From positions 1 through 37,286 of the IMG/VR virus record IMGVR_UViG_3300020042_003680: a DNA stretch of 37,286 nt; one strand, given 5' to 3'. Source of the stretch: a virus. Lineage: Duplodnaviria; Caudoviricetes. The position numbers and the translations under genes were made by a program. The notes under the pieces were generated by a model that had not been told where the DNA came from, ran no database searches, and was given only the letters and a program-made list of their open reading frames with translations. Positions 35,824-37,286 of this stretch are shown here, piece by piece (position 1 is the stretch's first letter; each line of letters begins with the position of its first letter).

Positions 35824-36673
35824 TTTCATCCTTAAATTGTTGGCAGAATTTTGAGACATCACAATACTCATGGCACCTACGGGCGTAACCCGGTCTTGCC
35901 ACCACTACATTGCTCGTTCCGGCAGCAAACTCCTCTGCCTCGTCCTTTGTGTCGAAAACACGCAGTGCGCGTACTCCCGCCTTCTTCATCACCGCGAACG
36001 TGTCCTTGGTACGCCACTGTTCCTCTGGTGTGCATTTGGATAGTTCAGATCCCAGCATGGCTGACGTATCGGCTTCAGCGTGTTCATTTAAACGCTCCGA
36101 CATGAAAGCCTCACGCTCTTGGCTCGACCACATCTTTATGTCTATAACCGCCATAGGAGCGGGTGGGTATCCTTCCTTCCCTACCTCACGCTGCTTCCAG
36201 TCTCTGATGACTGCGACGATCTGTAGTTTCTTAACCGGAAGCTTCTTCTCCCGTTCAACAAGCCACGCATACAGGTTTAACTGCCGCTCCCAGTCTGGCT
36301 TGTCGTTCATGACAGCCCACGCACTGGTGGTCTTGTAGTCGGAAAGGATCACCCCATCCTCTTCCACCTGCTGGGAGTCAATAGCGCCAGAGATATCCCA
36401 TCCGTTAAAGTGGGTGTGGATACGCTCCTCGCTGATGACGTTTTTTGGTGCGTTCTTCTCCATCATGTAATGGATGGATGTTCCCAAGATCATAAAGAAC
36501 CGCTTCGATACATCAGACTCAATTTCGTTCCAGTGCTTCTTCTGAAGCTGGACGATTCGTGGGCTATTCAGAAGAGTCGTTACTGAGATGTTGCTCTTCC
36601 CTGCCGAATAGCCATCATCTTTAGCAAAGTCCACAATCACTTGCGGCAGGTTGTATTTGTTTGTTATGATCAT
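35810..36673 (-). CDS. PD-(D/E)XK exonuclease (Cas4/RecB-like), partner of Sak
   Basis: GGAG RBS; GTSIH, GAID, DYKTT and QLNLYAWL motifs; C-terminal CHEYCDVSKFC. Confidence 0.88.
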   Translation of the reverse strand: MIITNKYNLPQVIVDFAKDDGYSAGKSNISVTTLLNSPRIVQLQKKHWNEIESDVSKRFFMILGTSIHYMMEKNAPKNVISEERIHTHFNGWDISGAIDSQQVEEDGVILSDYKTTSAWAVMNDKPDWERQLNLYAWLVEREKKLPVKKLQIVAVIRDWKQREVGKEGYPPAPMAVIDIKMWSSQEREAFMSERLNEHAEADTSAMLGSELSKCTPEEQWRTKDTFAVMKKAGVRALRVFDTKDEAEEFAAGTSNVVVARPGYARRCHEYCDVSKFCQQFKDENEIL

Positions 36674-36699
36674 TTGTATCTCCAATGCACAAGTAAGAC

Positions 36700-36728
36700 A
36701 CTATATACCATAATTTTTAACAATACAA
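36700..36728 (-). promoter_or_regulatory. Sigma70-type promoter for the leftward recombination operon
   Basis: Minus strand TTGTAT-17 bp-TATAGT in the AT-rich divergent intergenic region, followed by GGAG and the ATG at 36673. Confidence 0.65.
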
Positions 36729-36735
36729 TAATTAT

Positions 36736-37286
36736 ATGACAAATAGCCGAAACAAAGGTGCAGCAGCAGAACGTGAGGTGTTCAAGATCCTGTCCCTAGC
36801 CCTAGGAATAAAGGTCGAAAGGAACCTAATCCAGACTAGAGATGGCGGTGCAGATACCTCTTCGATTGAGGGCTGGGCTGTGGAAATAAAGAGGCAGGAA
36901 ACCCTAAGCCTACCCGCTTGGTGGGAGCAGACCCTAGCCCAAGCTGTACTAGCGCAGAAGAAGCCTATGCTGGTCTACAGGCAGTCTAGGCACCCTTGGA
37001 GGGTCAGAGTACTGGCATCTGATTTCTTCGCAGCCTATGGGGCTTCCAAGCCCGTTGCGGGGGTGTTAGAGATGGACTTGGATATGGGCATCGCAGTGAT
37101 GACAATTCCACATTACCCAGTCACCCTTCCTAGTCACAGACACACATCTATCGTCTGCCTTTGTTCTGTCCTCACTGCAAACCTTACACTGAATCCGAAC
37201 GTGATCTTGATTTCCCAAAGATTCCGCGTACATAAATCTCCCCTTAGTGTATGGAGTTTTGATTGTCGGACGGGTCGGTTTTTTTG
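36736..37286 (+). CDS. Holliday junction resolvase-like PD-(D/E)XK nuclease (not in ORF track); no stop in window, homology probably ends near 37090
   Basis: MTNSRNKGAAAERE...RNL.QTRDGGAD...AVEIKRQE...WWEQ...PMLVYRQSRHPW. Confidence 0.8.
   Translation, partial: MTNSRNKGAAAEREVFKILSLALGIKVERNLIQTRDGGADTSSIEGWAVEIKRQETLSLPAWWEQTLAQAVLAQKKPMLVYRQSRHPWRVRVLASDFFAAYGASKPVAGVLEMDLDMGIAVMTIPHYPVTLPSHRHTSIVCLCSVLTANLTLNPNVILISQRFRVHKSPLSVWSFDCRTGRFF
37066..37233 (-). pseudogene. Truncated primase/helicase N-terminal zinc-binding domain (T7 gp4/Twinkle-like)
   Basis: GGGGAG RBS; MYAESLGNQDHVRIQCKVCSEDRTKADDRCVSVTRKGDWVMWNCHHCDAHIQVHL*; stops just after CHHC. Confidence 0.65.

Larger units (their letters stand above)
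1..37286. mobile_element. Tailed dsDNA bacteriophage genome segment (podovirus-like; late structural/lysis/ejection operon plus recombination module)
   Basis: Dense co-oriented genes with overlapping start/stop codons; adaptor, fibre, nozzle, endolysin, SLT and Sak motifs. No host housekeeping genes, integrase or tape-measure gene seen. Confidence 0.96.

Noticed and set aside
34946-36338. + strand ORFs opposite the recombination genes
   Set aside because: Antisense to Sak and the exonuclease, which have clear motifs and RBSs.
35810-36673. Cas4-like gene as evidence of CRISPR-Cas
   Set aside because: It is a solo PD-(D/E)XK nuclease next to Sak and an SSB-like gene, a standard phage recombination module.
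1-37286. tRNA, rRNA, alternative genetic code or a specific host assignment
   Set aside because: No cloverleaf or rRNA-like segment seen and intergenic space is minimal. The standard code gives full-length genes. The host cannot be assigned from this window beyond a probable diderm bacterium.

Overview
The whole window reads as part of a tailed dsDNA phage genome with a podovirus-like gene set. Capsid, portal and terminase genes are not in view. Positions 1-33798 form one + strand late operon. It runs from small basic proteins through head-tail adaptors, tail and fibre genes (one with a BspA/DUF285-type LRR array), a lysis block with an M15-type endolysin and a tail nozzle gene, to internal/ejection proteins. 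It ends in a 3852-aa polyvalent protein carrying an HExxH metallopeptidase, GNAT, ParB-like, ADP-ribosyltransferase, HhH-glycosylase-like and LPD38-like domains. After a terminator comes a minus-strand recombination module (Ref-like HNH, SSB-like, Sak, PD-(D/E)XK exonuclease) and a divergent Holliday junction resolvase-like gene. That last gene runs into an inverted primase fragment at the window end. The two strongest leads are (1) a P-[KR]-[FL]-S-V linker, partly conserved as DNA direct repeats, that separates the effector domains of the giant protein, and (2) a paired xAxGG...[YF][AK]xGG motif concentrated in small basic and internal-virion proteins. All family assignments come from motifs recognised by eye; no searches were run.
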